Below, piece by piece: positions 20,104 through 29,273 of a DNA stretch of 64,000 nt (the first letter of the stretch is position 1; each line of letters opens with the position of its first letter). Under the pieces are notes generated by a model, which saw only the letters and a list, made by a program, of their open reading frames with translations, made no database searches and had not been told where the DNA came from. Source of the DNA: an uncultured delta proteobacterium (lineage in GTDB: Bacteria > Desulfobacterota > Binatia > Binatales > Binataceae); NCBI GenBank assembly GCA_963711565.1, contig CAVQEQ010000003.1:1152001-1216000 (forward strand), written 5' to 3'. The position numbers and the translations under genes were made by a program.

Positions 20104-21420
20104 ATGGCCACGACGGCGAGAAAGCTCAAAGCACTCCCCAAATCCCGCACCAACGGCAACGGCCGCGACTTCGACGTGCACGATCTTGGACTTGCCGAGG
20201 CCGGCCGCAAACGAATCGAATGGGCCGACAAGCAGATGCCCGTGCTGCGCCGCCTGCGCGAGCGATTCGCCAAGGAGCAGCCGCTCAAGGGCCAGCGCAT
20301 GGGCGCATGCCTGCATATCACCTGCGAGACCGCCAACCTGCTCCGCACGCTCAAGGCGGGCGGCGCTGAAGTGATCGCGTGCGCGTCGAATCCGCTCTCG
20401 ACCCAGGATGACGTCGCGGCGGCGCTCGTCGATCAATACGGTATCCCCACCTTCGCCATCCACGGCGAAGATCGCGACACCTACTACGCACATCTGCGCG
20501 CGGTGCTCGAGCGTCGTCCGACGATCACGATGGACGACGGCGCCGACCTCGTCAGCCTGCTCCACACCGAGTTCGCCAACCAGGCCGACGACGTGAAGGC
20601 CAGCATGGAGGAAACGACGACGGGCGTGATCCGGCTGCGCGCGATGGCGAAAGACGGCGCGCTCAAAATTCCAGTCGTGGCCGTTAACGACGCGCAAACC
20701 AAGCATCTGTTCGACAATCGCTATGGCACGGGACAGTCCACGCTCGACGGCATAATCCGCGCCACCGGCGTGCTGATTGCCGGCTCGGTCGTGGTCGTCG
20801 CGGGCTACGGCTATTGCGGCCGCGGTATCGCGTCACGCGCGCGCGGCCTCGGCGCCGACGTAGTCGTGACGGAGGTCAATCCGATTCGCGCGCTGGAAGC
20901 CGCGATGGACGGGTTCCGCGTGATGAAGATGGTCGAGGCGGCGAAGGTCGGCGACATTTTCATCACGGCGACCGGTGACAAGCACGTGCTGACCTCCGCG
21001 CACTTTACCCAGATGAAGGACGGCGCGTTCCTGAGCAACTCGGGCCATTTCGATATCGAGATCAACGTCGCGTACCTGAATGACGCCGCCAAAAAAGTCG
21101 ATCGCGACGTGACCCGCAATATCGACGCGTACCATCTCTCCAACGGCCGCATTGTCTATCTGCTCGGTGAAGGTCGCTTGGTAAACCTCGCGTGCGCCGA
21201 AGGCCATCCCGCTCAGGTGATGGACATGAGCTTCGCGACGCAAGCGATGGCCTCGGAGTGGGCGGCGAAGGGCGCCCAGCTCGCGGTCAAGGTTCACGAA
21301 GTACCGGTCGAGATCGAAGAAGAGATCGCCGCAGTGAAGTTAGCCGCGATGAGTATCAAGATCGACACGCTCACGGCTGAGCAGCGCAAATACCTGGCAA
21401 GCTGGGAATCCGGCACCTAG
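20104..21420 (+). CDS. ahcY: Adenosylhomocysteinase
   Basis: [33 protein letters not shown]. Confidence 0.97.
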   Translation: MATTARKLKALPKSRTNGNGRDFDVHDLGLAEAGRKRIEWADKQMPVLRRLRERFAKEQPLKGQRMGACLHITCETANLLRTLKAGGAEVIACASNPLSTQDDVAAALVDQYGIPTFAIHGEDRDTYYAHLRAVLERRPTITMDDGADLVSLLHTEFANQADDVKASMEETTTGVIRLRAMAKDGALKIPVVAVNDAQTKHLFDNRYGTGQSTLDGIIRATGVLIAGSVVVVAGYGYCGRGIASRARGLGADVVVTEVNPIRALEAAMDGFRVMKMVEAAKVGDIFITATGDKHVLTSAHFTQMKDGAFLSNSGHFDIEINVAYLNDAAKKVDRDVTRNIDAYHLSNGRIVYLLGEGRLVNLACAEGHPAQVMDMSFATQAMASEWAAKGAQLAVKVHEVPVEIEEEIAAVKLAAMSIKIDTLTAEQRKYLASWESGT

Positions 21421-21458
21421 CCCTTCGTTGAAAAAATTCTAGAGGGGCGGCCAGCGGC

Positions 21459-21860
21459 TTAGGCCTGTGCCACTCGTTCCTGCGCCTCCTTCAGGACCTC
21501 CTCAACTCTGGCTAACAGTTGAGCGGCGGTAAAAGGCGCAGGGAATGTCGCAAACCCTTCAAGGTCATCGCGATATTTGATCCTGTCGTCATCCGGGAGA
21601 CCGGCGACGACGAGCACGGCCATTTTCTGGTTCCTTTCGTGCAGATACTTGGCGGCCTGATAGCCGGAGATGCTGTCAACGTGGGGGCGAATAATCAGCA
21701 TGTCGATCCCGCCGTCGGCGAGCAGGTCAACGGCCCCGCCAAAACTACCTGTCGCCGAGACTACGTAACCCGCTTGTCGTAGCGTCTCCGTCAGAATGGT
21801 TCGAACTACGCCCTCAGAACTGAGGAGCAGGATCGATGCGGTGTTCTCGGCTTTGTCCAT
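21459..21860 (-). CDS. Atypical (pseudo-)receiver domain protein
   Basis: CheY-like pattern (ILLL..R..L..AGY.V, PF...LL.RV.EVL) without the acidic pocket, phospho-Asp or Lys. Confidence 0.7.
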   Translation of the reverse strand: MDKAENTASILLLSSEGVVRTILTETLRQAGYVVSATGSFGGAVDLLADGGIDMLIIRPHVDSISGYQAAKYLHERNQKMAVLVVAGLPDDDRIKYRDDLEGFATFPAPFTAAQLLARVEEVLKEAQERVAQA

Positions 21861-22038
21861 TCCAATTCCCGGAGCGGAAAAGAATCTCGATCAATGACGA
21901 ACCGGCACGCGACGCTCTACCTTCATTTTCGGTGCAGTTGGCGTCATCCTTATACAGCTATAGCAGCGATGAGCATTTGGATGAAATCGCGCTTTCCTTA
22001 CATGGCAACGAGGTAACCTGCGCATCGAGGTCCCACCG

Positions 22039-22818
22039 ATGAAGCCAGAAAGAATCGACATCGAGCAGGCCCGCCACGCTACGGGACTCCGAATCGTCAC
22101 GCTTGCGATGGTTCCCAGCCCGTGGGGTGAAGCCCTCAAGGGCATCCTGCATATCAAGCAACTGCCACATGCGCGCATCGGCCACATGTTCGGCTCGCCG
22201 ACCAAAACGCTTCAAGAATGGACCGCGCAAGACAGTTTTCCCGTAATGGCATGGAACGACGAGCGTCCGCGCACCACGTGGATCGAGCAACTCTATCTCG
22301 CCGAGCGCTTGGCGCCGACGCCGCGCCTCATCCCGGAGCGGCTCGAGGACCGAATCCTGATGTTCGGCTACAGCAACGAGCTATGCGGCGAGAACGGCAT
22401 CGGATGGACCGAGCGGCTGCGCGGAGTGCATGAGCAGGTCACGAAACCCGGCGGCGATCCGGCAGGCGTGTCGGCATACTTGGGGAAGAAATACGGTTAC
22501 ACGTCGGAAATCGGCAGGGGCGCGACTGAAAGAATCGTATCGGGACTGAATGCGCTAACTGCGCGGCTCGAACAGCAGAAGGCGCGCGGCAGCCGATTCT
22601 TCATCGGCGACTCGCTCTCGGCGATGGACGTCTACTGGGCCGCATTCTCGAACGCGATGAAACCGCTAGCGCCCGAGCTATGCCCGATGCCGGAAATGAT
22701 TCGCGAGATGTTCACGACCACCGAGCCGAGCATCGTCGCCGCAACCAGGCCGATACTGATCGAGCACCGCGACTTCATCTTTAAGAATTACCTCGAGCTG
22801 CCGGTGGATCTGTCGTAA
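22039..22818 (+). CDS. Glutathione S-transferase-like protein
   Basis: VPSPWGE N-terminus, FFIGDSLSAMDVYWA C-terminal GST motif. Confidence 0.7.
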   Translation: MKPERIDIEQARHATGLRIVTLAMVPSPWGEALKGILHIKQLPHARIGHMFGSPTKTLQEWTAQDSFPVMAWNDERPRTTWIEQLYLAERLAPTPRLIPERLEDRILMFGYSNELCGENGIGWTERLRGVHEQVTKPGGDPAGVSAYLGKKYGYTSEIGRGATERIVSGLNALTARLEQQKARGSRFFIGDSLSAMDVYWAAFSNAMKPLAPELCPMPEMIREMFTTTEPSIVAATRPILIEHRDFIFKNYLELPVDLS

Positions 22819-22833
22819 CTGCGAAATGCTCCC

Positions 22834-22878
22834 GAGGACGGGGAAGCGCTCAACGTTGACTACATCGACTATCATTGA
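22834..22878 (+). pseudogene. C-terminal remnant of a HigB (RelE/ParE) toxin
   Basis: Translates EDGEALNVDYIDYH*, like the HigB C-terminal DYxDYH; lies 12 bp upstream of higA; no N-terminal part. Confidence 0.75.
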
Positions 22879-22890
22879 AGGAATCGCACG

Positions 22891-23178
22891 ATGACAATGC
22901 ACAATCCGCCGCATCCGGGCGAAGTGATTCGCGAACTTTGTCTCGAGCCGCTCGGCGTTTCCGTGACTGCCGCGGCCAGGAGTCTCGGCGTCACGCGCAA
23001 GGCCTTGTCGGAACTGCTCAACGGCAAATCGAGAGTCAGTCCCTCGATGGCGTTGCGGCTCGCTATCGCCTTCGACACGTCGCCCGAGAGCTGGCTCAAC
23101 ATGCAACAGCAGTACGACCTTTACCGCGCACGAAAGAACCCGGCCCTTCGGCGGGTCAAGCGGCTGAAGGCGGCTTGA
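22891..23178 (+). CDS. higA: HigA family antitoxin
   Basis: [42 protein letters not shown]. Confidence 0.93.
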   Translation: MTMHNPPHPGEVIRELCLEPLGVSVTAAARSLGVTRKALSELLNGKSRVSPSMALRLAIAFDTSPESWLNMQQQYDLYRARKNPALRRVKRLKAA

Positions 23179-23185
23179 TCATCGA

Positions 23186-24949
23186 CTAGCGCACTTTGAG
23201 CTCTTCGTCGGGTGTCTGATCCAGGTAGTCACCCGCGGGCAGACGATGCGGATTGCGATCGCGGATTGCCTTCACCAGATGAATTAGCGCTTCGATCAAT
23301 TCGTGCTCGCTGAGGCGCGGATACAGCACCCGCGCGAGACGGCTGCCGTCGCGGGCGCCCCCTACCATCAGCACGTAGTCATTCTTGCCGTAGCCTACGA
23401 TTCCGATCTCGGCGGTCGGCGGACGCGAGCAACTGTTCGGGCATCCGGCCATCCGGATCATCACGTCGACATTGCCCAGTCCCTCGCGCTCCAACTCCGC
23501 AAGGTAGCGCGGCAATGCGCGCTCGGCGTGTGTCATCGCCAAGCCGCAGGTCGGCTTCGCGGGACATGCCATCGCGAGCCGCCGAATCGCCGGTACCTGG
23601 CCGTCGAAGGGCACACCATGCTCGGCAAGAATGCGCTCAATCCATTCGCGACGCGCATCCGGAACGTGCGCCAGTATCAGATGCTGATTGGGCGTGATGC
23701 GCACGCCGATTCCGTCCACTTCCGCGACTATGCGGCGGATCGCGCTGCGATATTTGATCGTCTCCTCGTCGCGCACACGTCCGCTCGGAATCAGAATTCC
23801 CGTGTAGCTGAGATCGCCGGTGCCGGCTTCCCGATGCCATCCCAAATGATCGCGCACGTGCGGCAGCGGGACCGGCTCGGCGTCGGCCAGCGCGATTGCA
23901 AAGCGCTCGCGTAGAGTCTTCTTCACCGCATCGACTCCGAGGCGGCGAATCGTGTACTTCCATCGCGCCGCGCGCCGGTTGCGGCGTTCGCCATGCTCGC
24001 GCTGGATCGTCGCGATCGCTCGCACAGTTTCGAGCACCTGCTCGCGTTGCACCACGCCGAGGTAGAGCGCAAGCAGCGGCATCGTGTCGGGCTGGTTGTG
24101 CGTCGCGCCCATCCCGCCGCCGCTGTAGAGATCGTAGCCGGTGACCTTGCGCCCCTCGATGCGCGGAAGGAAGCCGACATCGTTTGTCAGCAGGTCGACG
24201 CTGTTGTCGTGCGGATGCGCAAAGCCGACTTTGAACTTGCGCGGCAGATATTGCGCTCCATAGATCGGCTCTTCCGAGTCGAGCGGTGCCACCTGCTGAC
24301 CGCTCTCGTCGGCGAGGAGCACCTGGTAGTAGGCCGAACTCCGCGGCGCCATCTCGCGCGCCACCGCGTGCGCTAGTTCGTGCGAGTCGAGCGGCAGCTC
24401 AGCGTCGAGATCGTCGATCGGACTCGCGACCGTATTGCGATTCACGTCGCCGCACGCGCCGAGTGTCGTAAGCTGGTAGCCGTTGTCGCTGAGGCTCGTG
24501 TTGATCGCGCGAATCAGTGCGCTGAGATTGTGCCCGCGCACGTAGTGGAATTGAACGCCCTGCCGCGCCGTGAGACGGAGGCTGCCGTCGGCGTAGCGGT
24601 CGGCGGCCATGTCGAGCGCGAGCCATTGCGCCGGCGTGAGCTCGCCCGCGGGAATCTTGACCCGCACCATGAAAATAAAGTCGCCGTCCTTCTTGCCGCT
24701 TTCGTTGCGCTCGCGCTGTTTGTAGATGCCGAAATGCTTCGAAATTTCTTTCGCGTGCTCGCTGATCGTCTCGGCCTGCCGCGCGCTGAGCGCGTCGATC
24801 TCCGAGCGCATCGTGTGCCGGCTCTCGTGCGTCGAATGGACGTAGAAGAGCCCCTCGCTCGCATGCTTGAGGCGCTCGACGGTGGACATTTCCGCCGCGC
24901 TCGCGTTTTCGAGCGTCACGGGCTCGTGGCGGTGATGCTTTGGTTCCAT
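23186..24949 (-). CDS. Siroheme sulfite/nitrite reductase hemoprotein (CysI/Sir-like)
   Basis: GACGDVNRN, YLPRKFK, ACPAKPTCGLA, RMAGCPNSCSRP. Confidence 0.9.
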   Translation of the reverse strand: MEPKHHRHEPVTLENASAAEMSTVERLKHASEGLFYVHSTHESRHTMRSEIDALSARQAETISEHAKEISKHFGIYKQRERNESGKKDGDFIFMVRVKIPAGELTPAQWLALDMAADRYADGSLRLTARQGVQFHYVRGHNLSALIRAINTSLSDNGYQLTTLGACGDVNRNTVASPIDDLDAELPLDSHELAHAVAREMAPRSSAYYQVLLADESGQQVAPLDSEEPIYGAQYLPRKFKVGFAHPHDNSVDLLTNDVGFLPRIEGRKVTGYDLYSGGGMGATHNQPDTMPLLALYLGVVQREQVLETVRAIATIQREHGERRNRRAARWKYTIRRLGVDAVKKTLRERFAIALADAEPVPLPHVRDHLGWHREAGTGDLSYTGILIPSGRVRDEETIKYRSAIRRIVAEVDGIGVRITPNQHLILAHVPDARREWIERILAEHGVPFDGQVPAIRRLAMACPAKPTCGLAMTHAERALPRYLAELEREGLGNVDVMIRMAGCPNSCSRPPTAEIGIVGYGKNDYVLMVGGARDGSRLARVLYPRLSEHELIEALIHLVKAIRDRNPHRLPAGDYLDQTPDEELKVR

Positions 24950-24971
24950 CGCAGAAGTTGTAAGGCGCGCG

Positions 24972-25715
24972 CTAGTCGTCGATCTTGACGTGCGACCAGC
25001 GGCGGTAGATCTCGCCGCATCCGACCGACGCCGCTATGAGCAGCAGCGCGAGAAAAAATTTCGGCGACAGCGGATGCCATAGGGCGTCGCCGAGAAAGGC
25101 GTAGAGGATCGTCCCCGGAATCATGCCGATCATCGTCGCCCAGAAGTAATCGTGAAACGTGATCGGAGACGCACCCGCTAACAGGTTCAGCGCGTTGTAC
25201 GGAATCACGGGGACAAAGCGGAGGTAGAGTATTATCTGGAAACCGTGCTTCGCGATTCGCTGCAACATCGCGCGGAATCGTTCGCCGACGATTCGCTCGA
25301 CGAACGACTTGCCGAGAAATCTTCCCGCCGCGAACGCGACGATCGCGCCAATGTCGCCGCCGATCAGCGAGTACACCGAGCCCCATACGGCGCCGAACGC
25401 CAGCCCGCCCGCGATCGTCATCACCGCGCCGGGTACCAGGAACGACGGCCCCACCGCGTAGAGCAGCATGTAAACGACGGGGCCCCACGCGCCCCACTGA
25501 ACCACCTGGGCCTTGACTGTCGCGGGATCGCTGAACCAATTCCAGTGTTCGATGAGAAGCCAGATTGAGCCGCCGACGATGATCGCGATAAGCGCGACCT
25601 TGACGAAGTTCATCAGCGACGAGCCGCTTGCGCTGGGCTTGTCCGGTTGAGTTCCGATTGGGTTGACGGCTGCCACGATCCCTAGATGATATTGGGCGGC
25701 GCCGCGGTGAGACAA
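24972..25715 (-). CDS. TVP38/TMEM64 (VTT/DedA) membrane protein; start uncertain
   Basis: PGAVMTIAGGLAFG, LRFVPVIPY, T.IGMIPG. Confidence 0.88.
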   Translation of the reverse strand: MSHRGAAQYHLGIVAAVNPIGTQPDKPSASGSSLMNFVKVALIAIIVGGSIWLLIEHWNWFSDPATVKAQVVQWGAWGPVVYMLLYAVGPSFLVPGAVMTIAGGLAFGAVWGSVYSLIGGDIGAIVAFAAGRFLGKSFVERIVGERFRAMLQRIAKHGFQIILYLRFVPVIPYNALNLLAGASPITFHDYFWATMIGMIPGTILYAFLGDALWHPLSPKFFLALLLIAASVGCGEIYRRWSHVKIDD

Positions 25716-25803
25716 GGCTTCGCGTGCGCGTTGTCGGGGCGTCGCGATGCTACTAAAGTCGGCGCAGTGATCAACTCATGAAATCTCCAGGGAAGAAACT
25801 TCA

Positions 25804-26586
25804 ATGAACGAACTCGCGGATAAAGTCGCAATCATCACCGGCGGCGGCTACGGAATCGGCAAACAGATCGCGCTGAAGTACGGCGCGGCCGGCGCGAAGA
25901 TCGTAGTCGCGGCGCGGTCCGTTGAACCGATGAAACAGACCTGCGCCGAACTCGAGCGCCTCGGCGCGCGCGCGATTCACGTGAGCACTGACGTCTCCAA
26001 GGAAGCCGACTGCGCGAAGATGGCAGCCGAGACGATTAAGGCATTCGGCCGCATCGATATCCTCGTCAACAACGCCGGCATTTCGGGGCCGACCAAGCGG
26101 ATAACCGACATGTCGCTGGCCGAATGGCAGGAGACGATTGATATCGACCTGACCGGAACCTGGCTCGCGACGCGCGCGGTGCTGCCGACGATGGACAAGC
26201 AACGCGCCGGCAACGTTATCAACATTTCGTCAGGCGCGGGCCGGCGTGGCTTTCCGCTGCGCTCGCCATACGCGGCGGCAAAGTGGGCAATGATTGGCCT
26301 CACGCAAACGATTGCCGGCGAATGGGGTCAGCGCGGCATCCGATGCAACTGCATTTGCCCCGGCGCGATCGAGGGCGAACGAATCGAGCGCGTGATGCGC
26401 GCGCGGGCCGAAGCGTTGAAGCAGCCTTACGAGCAAATCAGGGCCGGCTTCGTGTCGCAGGCCGCGATGGCCAGGATGGCGACGGAGGAAGAAGTCGCGC
26501 GCGTAGCGCTGTTCCTCGCGCTCGACACGTCGGCGGGAATGACCGGTCAGACGATCAACGTCGATTGCGGCAGCATCATGAATTAG
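25804..26586 (+). CDS. Short-chain dehydrogenase/reductase
   Basis: TGGGYGIG, NNAG, YAAAK. Confidence 0.93.
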   Translation: MNELADKVAIITGGGYGIGKQIALKYGAAGAKIVVAARSVEPMKQTCAELERLGARAIHVSTDVSKEADCAKMAAETIKAFGRIDILVNNAGISGPTKRITDMSLAEWQETIDIDLTGTWLATRAVLPTMDKQRAGNVINISSGAGRRGFPLRSPYAAAKWAMIGLTQTIAGEWGQRGIRCNCICPGAIEGERIERVMRARAEALKQPYEQIRAGFVSQAAMARMATEEEVARVALFLALDTSAGMTGQTINVDCGSIMN

Positions 26587-26598
26587 GGCGCGGCTTCC

Positions 26599-27357
26599 GT
26601 GCGCAGACAGAGTCCCGGACGGCGCGCGCAACGATTGCCGCATCACCAAGTCCTGATTGCCGGCCTGCAGAAAAATCGGCGGAACCGCGCGCACTCCCAG
26701 GCGAACGACAGCTACCTGAGCAGCGGCCATCACTATTACAACGTCTCGATTCCGACTCTCAGGACGCTCGCGAAAGCGTGGCTGAAGGAGAATGGCGGAA
26801 TTCCGGACGCGGAGTTCATCGCCGTTCTCGACGGTCTCTATCGCGGGAAATCGTATGAAGAGAAGGTGCTCGCGAGCATCCTGCTCTCGTATCATCGAAC
26901 CGCGCCCGGAACGATCGGGCCAAAGCTGCTTGATGACTGGCTCGATCATCTTGTCGGATGGGCGGAGATCGATTCGCTTTGCGTGTGCTGGGCGTCGGAT
27001 GCGAGAAGCAATTTCACGAACGACGAGATCCTCGCCAATTGGAGCACATGGGCGCGATTCATACGGACCCTCTCGCGCGACCAGAACATCAACAAGCGCC
27101 GCGCGGCGTTGGTCTTCCTGACCGTCCCGCTTCGCTATTCGGAGGATAAAAGACTCGCCGCGCTTGGGTTCGAAGTGATCGAAAAGCTGAAGCCTCAGCG
27201 ACACATCATAATCACCAAGGCGGTGTCCTGGCTGCTGCGCAGCATGGTGCGGCACCACAAACGCGCGGTCGCCGCTTACGTCCGGGAAAACCGGCATTCG
27301 CTTCCTGCGATCGCGGTGCGCGAAACTTCCCGCAAGATCGCGACGGGACGGAAGTAG
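26599..27357 (+). CDS. DNA alkylation repair protein (AlkD-like)
   Basis: WAEIDSLC, RRAALV, KAVSWLLR HEAT-like pattern. Confidence 0.8.
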   Translation: MRRQSPGRRAQRLPHHQVLIAGLQKNRRNRAHSQANDSYLSSGHHYYNVSIPTLRTLAKAWLKENGGIPDAEFIAVLDGLYRGKSYEEKVLASILLSYHRTAPGTIGPKLLDDWLDHLVGWAEIDSLCVCWASDARSNFTNDEILANWSTWARFIRTLSRDQNINKRRAALVFLTVPLRYSEDKRLAALGFEVIEKLKPQRHIIITKAVSWLLRSMVRHHKRAVAAYVRENRHSLPAIAVRETSRKIATGRK

Positions 27358-27381
27358 GCAGCTACCAGAGCGAGGAATGAA

Positions 27382-28257
27382 TCAACGCGCGATGTCGTGG
27401 TCGCGGACGGTGCCGGCGAAGCCGCCGCTCTCGAGGCGCTTCATCAACTCGCGCGCGAGCACGGGCGAGCGATGGCGTCCGCCGGTGCATCCGAGACCGA
27501 CCGTCAGGTAACTCTTGCCCTCGCGCTGATAAAGCGGAATCAGAAAATCGAAAAGTCTGCCGACCTCGTCGATAAAGCGCCGCGACTCCGGCTGCGCCAT
27601 CACGTACTCGCGCACGCGCGGGTCGTTTCCCGTGAGCGGCCTCAACTCGGGGACGAAAAACGGATTCGGAATAAACCGCACGTCGAGCACAACGTCCATC
27701 CCGACCGGCAAGCCGTACTTGTAGCCGAACGAGACGATCGATACCGACATCCGCGATCCCGCGCTCGCTCCGAGCACTGCCGCCGTGACCACCTCGCGCA
27801 GTTCGTGGACGGTGAGGTTGGTGGTGTCGATCACGCGATTGGCGCGTTCGCGCATCTCGGCCAGCGCGAGGCGTTCGACACGAATGCTCTCGGCCACGGT
27901 CGCACCACTCGCGGCCATCGGATGCGGCCGGCGGCTCTCAGAGTAACGGCGCGCGAGCACGTCGTCGGAGGCGTCGAGAAAAATTACTTCGGGATGGATT
28001 CCGGCCGCGTCGAGTTCCGCGAATATCCCCGGCCATTGCGGGAAGAACAGCCGTTCGCGCGAGTCCACTCCGAGCGCGACACCCTTGAGCGCGGGATCGC
28101 GGCTCGCGGCGAGCATCGCGACGTTGGGCGCCAGCGCGACCGGAAGATTGTTGACGCAGTAGAAGCCGAGGTCCTCGAGCACGCGCATCGCCGACACGCG
28201 CCCCGAACCCGAGACACCGGTGACGATTATCAGGCGAGGTGGCTGAGGCGAGCTCAT
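27382..28257 (-). CDS. rapZ: RNase adapter RapZ
   Basis: GVSGSGR, LEDLGFYCV.NLP, SFGYKYG, DVRFIPNP, GCTGGRHRS. Confidence 0.95.
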   Translation of the reverse strand: MSSPQPPRLIIVTGVSGSGRVSAMRVLEDLGFYCVNNLPVALAPNVAMLAASRDPALKGVALGVDSRERLFFPQWPGIFAELDAAGIHPEVIFLDASDDVLARRYSESRRPHPMAASGATVAESIRVERLALAEMRERANRVIDTTNLTVHELREVVTAAVLGASAGSRMSVSIVSFGYKYGLPVGMDVVLDVRFIPNPFFVPELRPLTGNDPRVREYVMAQPESRRFIDEVGRLFDFLIPLYQREGKSYLTVGLGCTGGRHRSPVLARELMKRLESGGFAGTVRDHDIAR

Positions 28258-28275
28258 CGAACGCGACTGGTCGTC

Positions 28276-28737
28276 TCAGTACTTGTTGTCTTCTTCCTTG
28301 ATCAGCGAGTACAGCTCGGCGCCGTCTTTGGCGGCGAGCAGATGGCTTCGAAAAGACGCTTCCTTGAGCAATCGCGAAACGCGCGCGAGCGCCTTCAGAT
28401 GCAGACTGGCGGAATCCTCAGGCGCGACGAGTACAAAAAATATCTGCGACGGCTCACCATCGAGCGAATCGAAATCGACTCCCTCCGCATGGCGGCCGAA
28501 TGCTCCGATAATCTTCGTCACCCCGCGCAATTTGCCGTGCGGGATCGCGATGCCGTCGCCGATCGCCGTCGAGCCCAGCCGCTCGCGCTCGGCCAGCACC
28601 GCGGTCAGGTCGGCGAGCTTGATCTCCGTGTACCTGGCGGCCAGCGCTTTCGCGAGTTCACTCAGGACGTCGGGCTTGGTTGTGCCCTTCAGGTCGGGAA
28701 TGACCAGGTCAGGGCTGAGAATATCGGTAATTTTCAT
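28276..28737 (-). CDS. ptsN: PTS EIIA(Ntr)-like protein
   Basis: RERLGSTAIGDGIAIPH, FDSLDG. Confidence 0.9.
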   Translation of the reverse strand: MKITDILSPDLVIPDLKGTTKPDVLSELAKALAARYTEIKLADLTAVLAERERLGSTAIGDGIAIPHGKLRGVTKIIGAFGRHAEGVDFDSLDGEPSQIFFVLVAPEDSASLHLKALARVSRLLKEASFRSHLLAAKDGAELYSLIKEEDNKY

Positions 28738-28816
28738 TTCGTCGTTTTACGTCCAGTGCAAAATCAAAATTGAAATATCGGGATTCGCGAACCCGCGGCG
28801 AATCGGATGCCGCGAA

Positions 28817-29242
28817 TCAAATTTCCTCACTGCCGCTCAGGACCTCGCCGGTCGAGGGCGATCTGACTTTTTTCGCCTTGAATTTTTCCAGATGCTTTTT
28901 CAGTTGGCGTCCGACTTTGTCGGTGAGCAAATCGATCACCGAGTAGAGATCCTTGGTTTCTTCCTGCGCGCTCACTGACAGGCGCCCTGATTTGACAGTA
29001 ACTTCGCCGTGCTGCCGATATTTGTCAACCGTGAGAATCAGATGAGCCTGGCAGGTCCGCTTGAGCAACTTGCCGACGTGCGCGAGTTTTCGTTCCGCAT
29101 ACACCCGCAGCGCATCGGTCGGCTCGACATGCCGGAACGTCACCGTAACTTCGGTCACCGGGGCGTTTGCGAGCCGCGCCGCGCGCCGCACTTTTCGGAT
29201 TGCCGCGCGCCCGCGCTTGCCCTGCTTTTCGTTCTTGCTCAT
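28817..29242 (-). CDS. hpf: Ribosome hibernation promoting factor
   Basis: TFRHVEPTDALRVY, DLYSVID..K..RQL; directly downstream of rpoN. Confidence 0.88.
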   Translation of the reverse strand: MSKNEKQGKRGRAAIRKVRRAARLANAPVTEVTVTFRHVEPTDALRVYAERKLAHVGKLLKRTCQAHLILTVDKYRQHGEVTVKSGRLSVSAQEETKDLYSVIDLLTDKVGRQLKKHLEKFKAKKVRSPSTGEVLSGSEEI

Positions 29243-29273
29243 CTGCTCTCTCGATTGCCGCTGCCCGGCGCCG

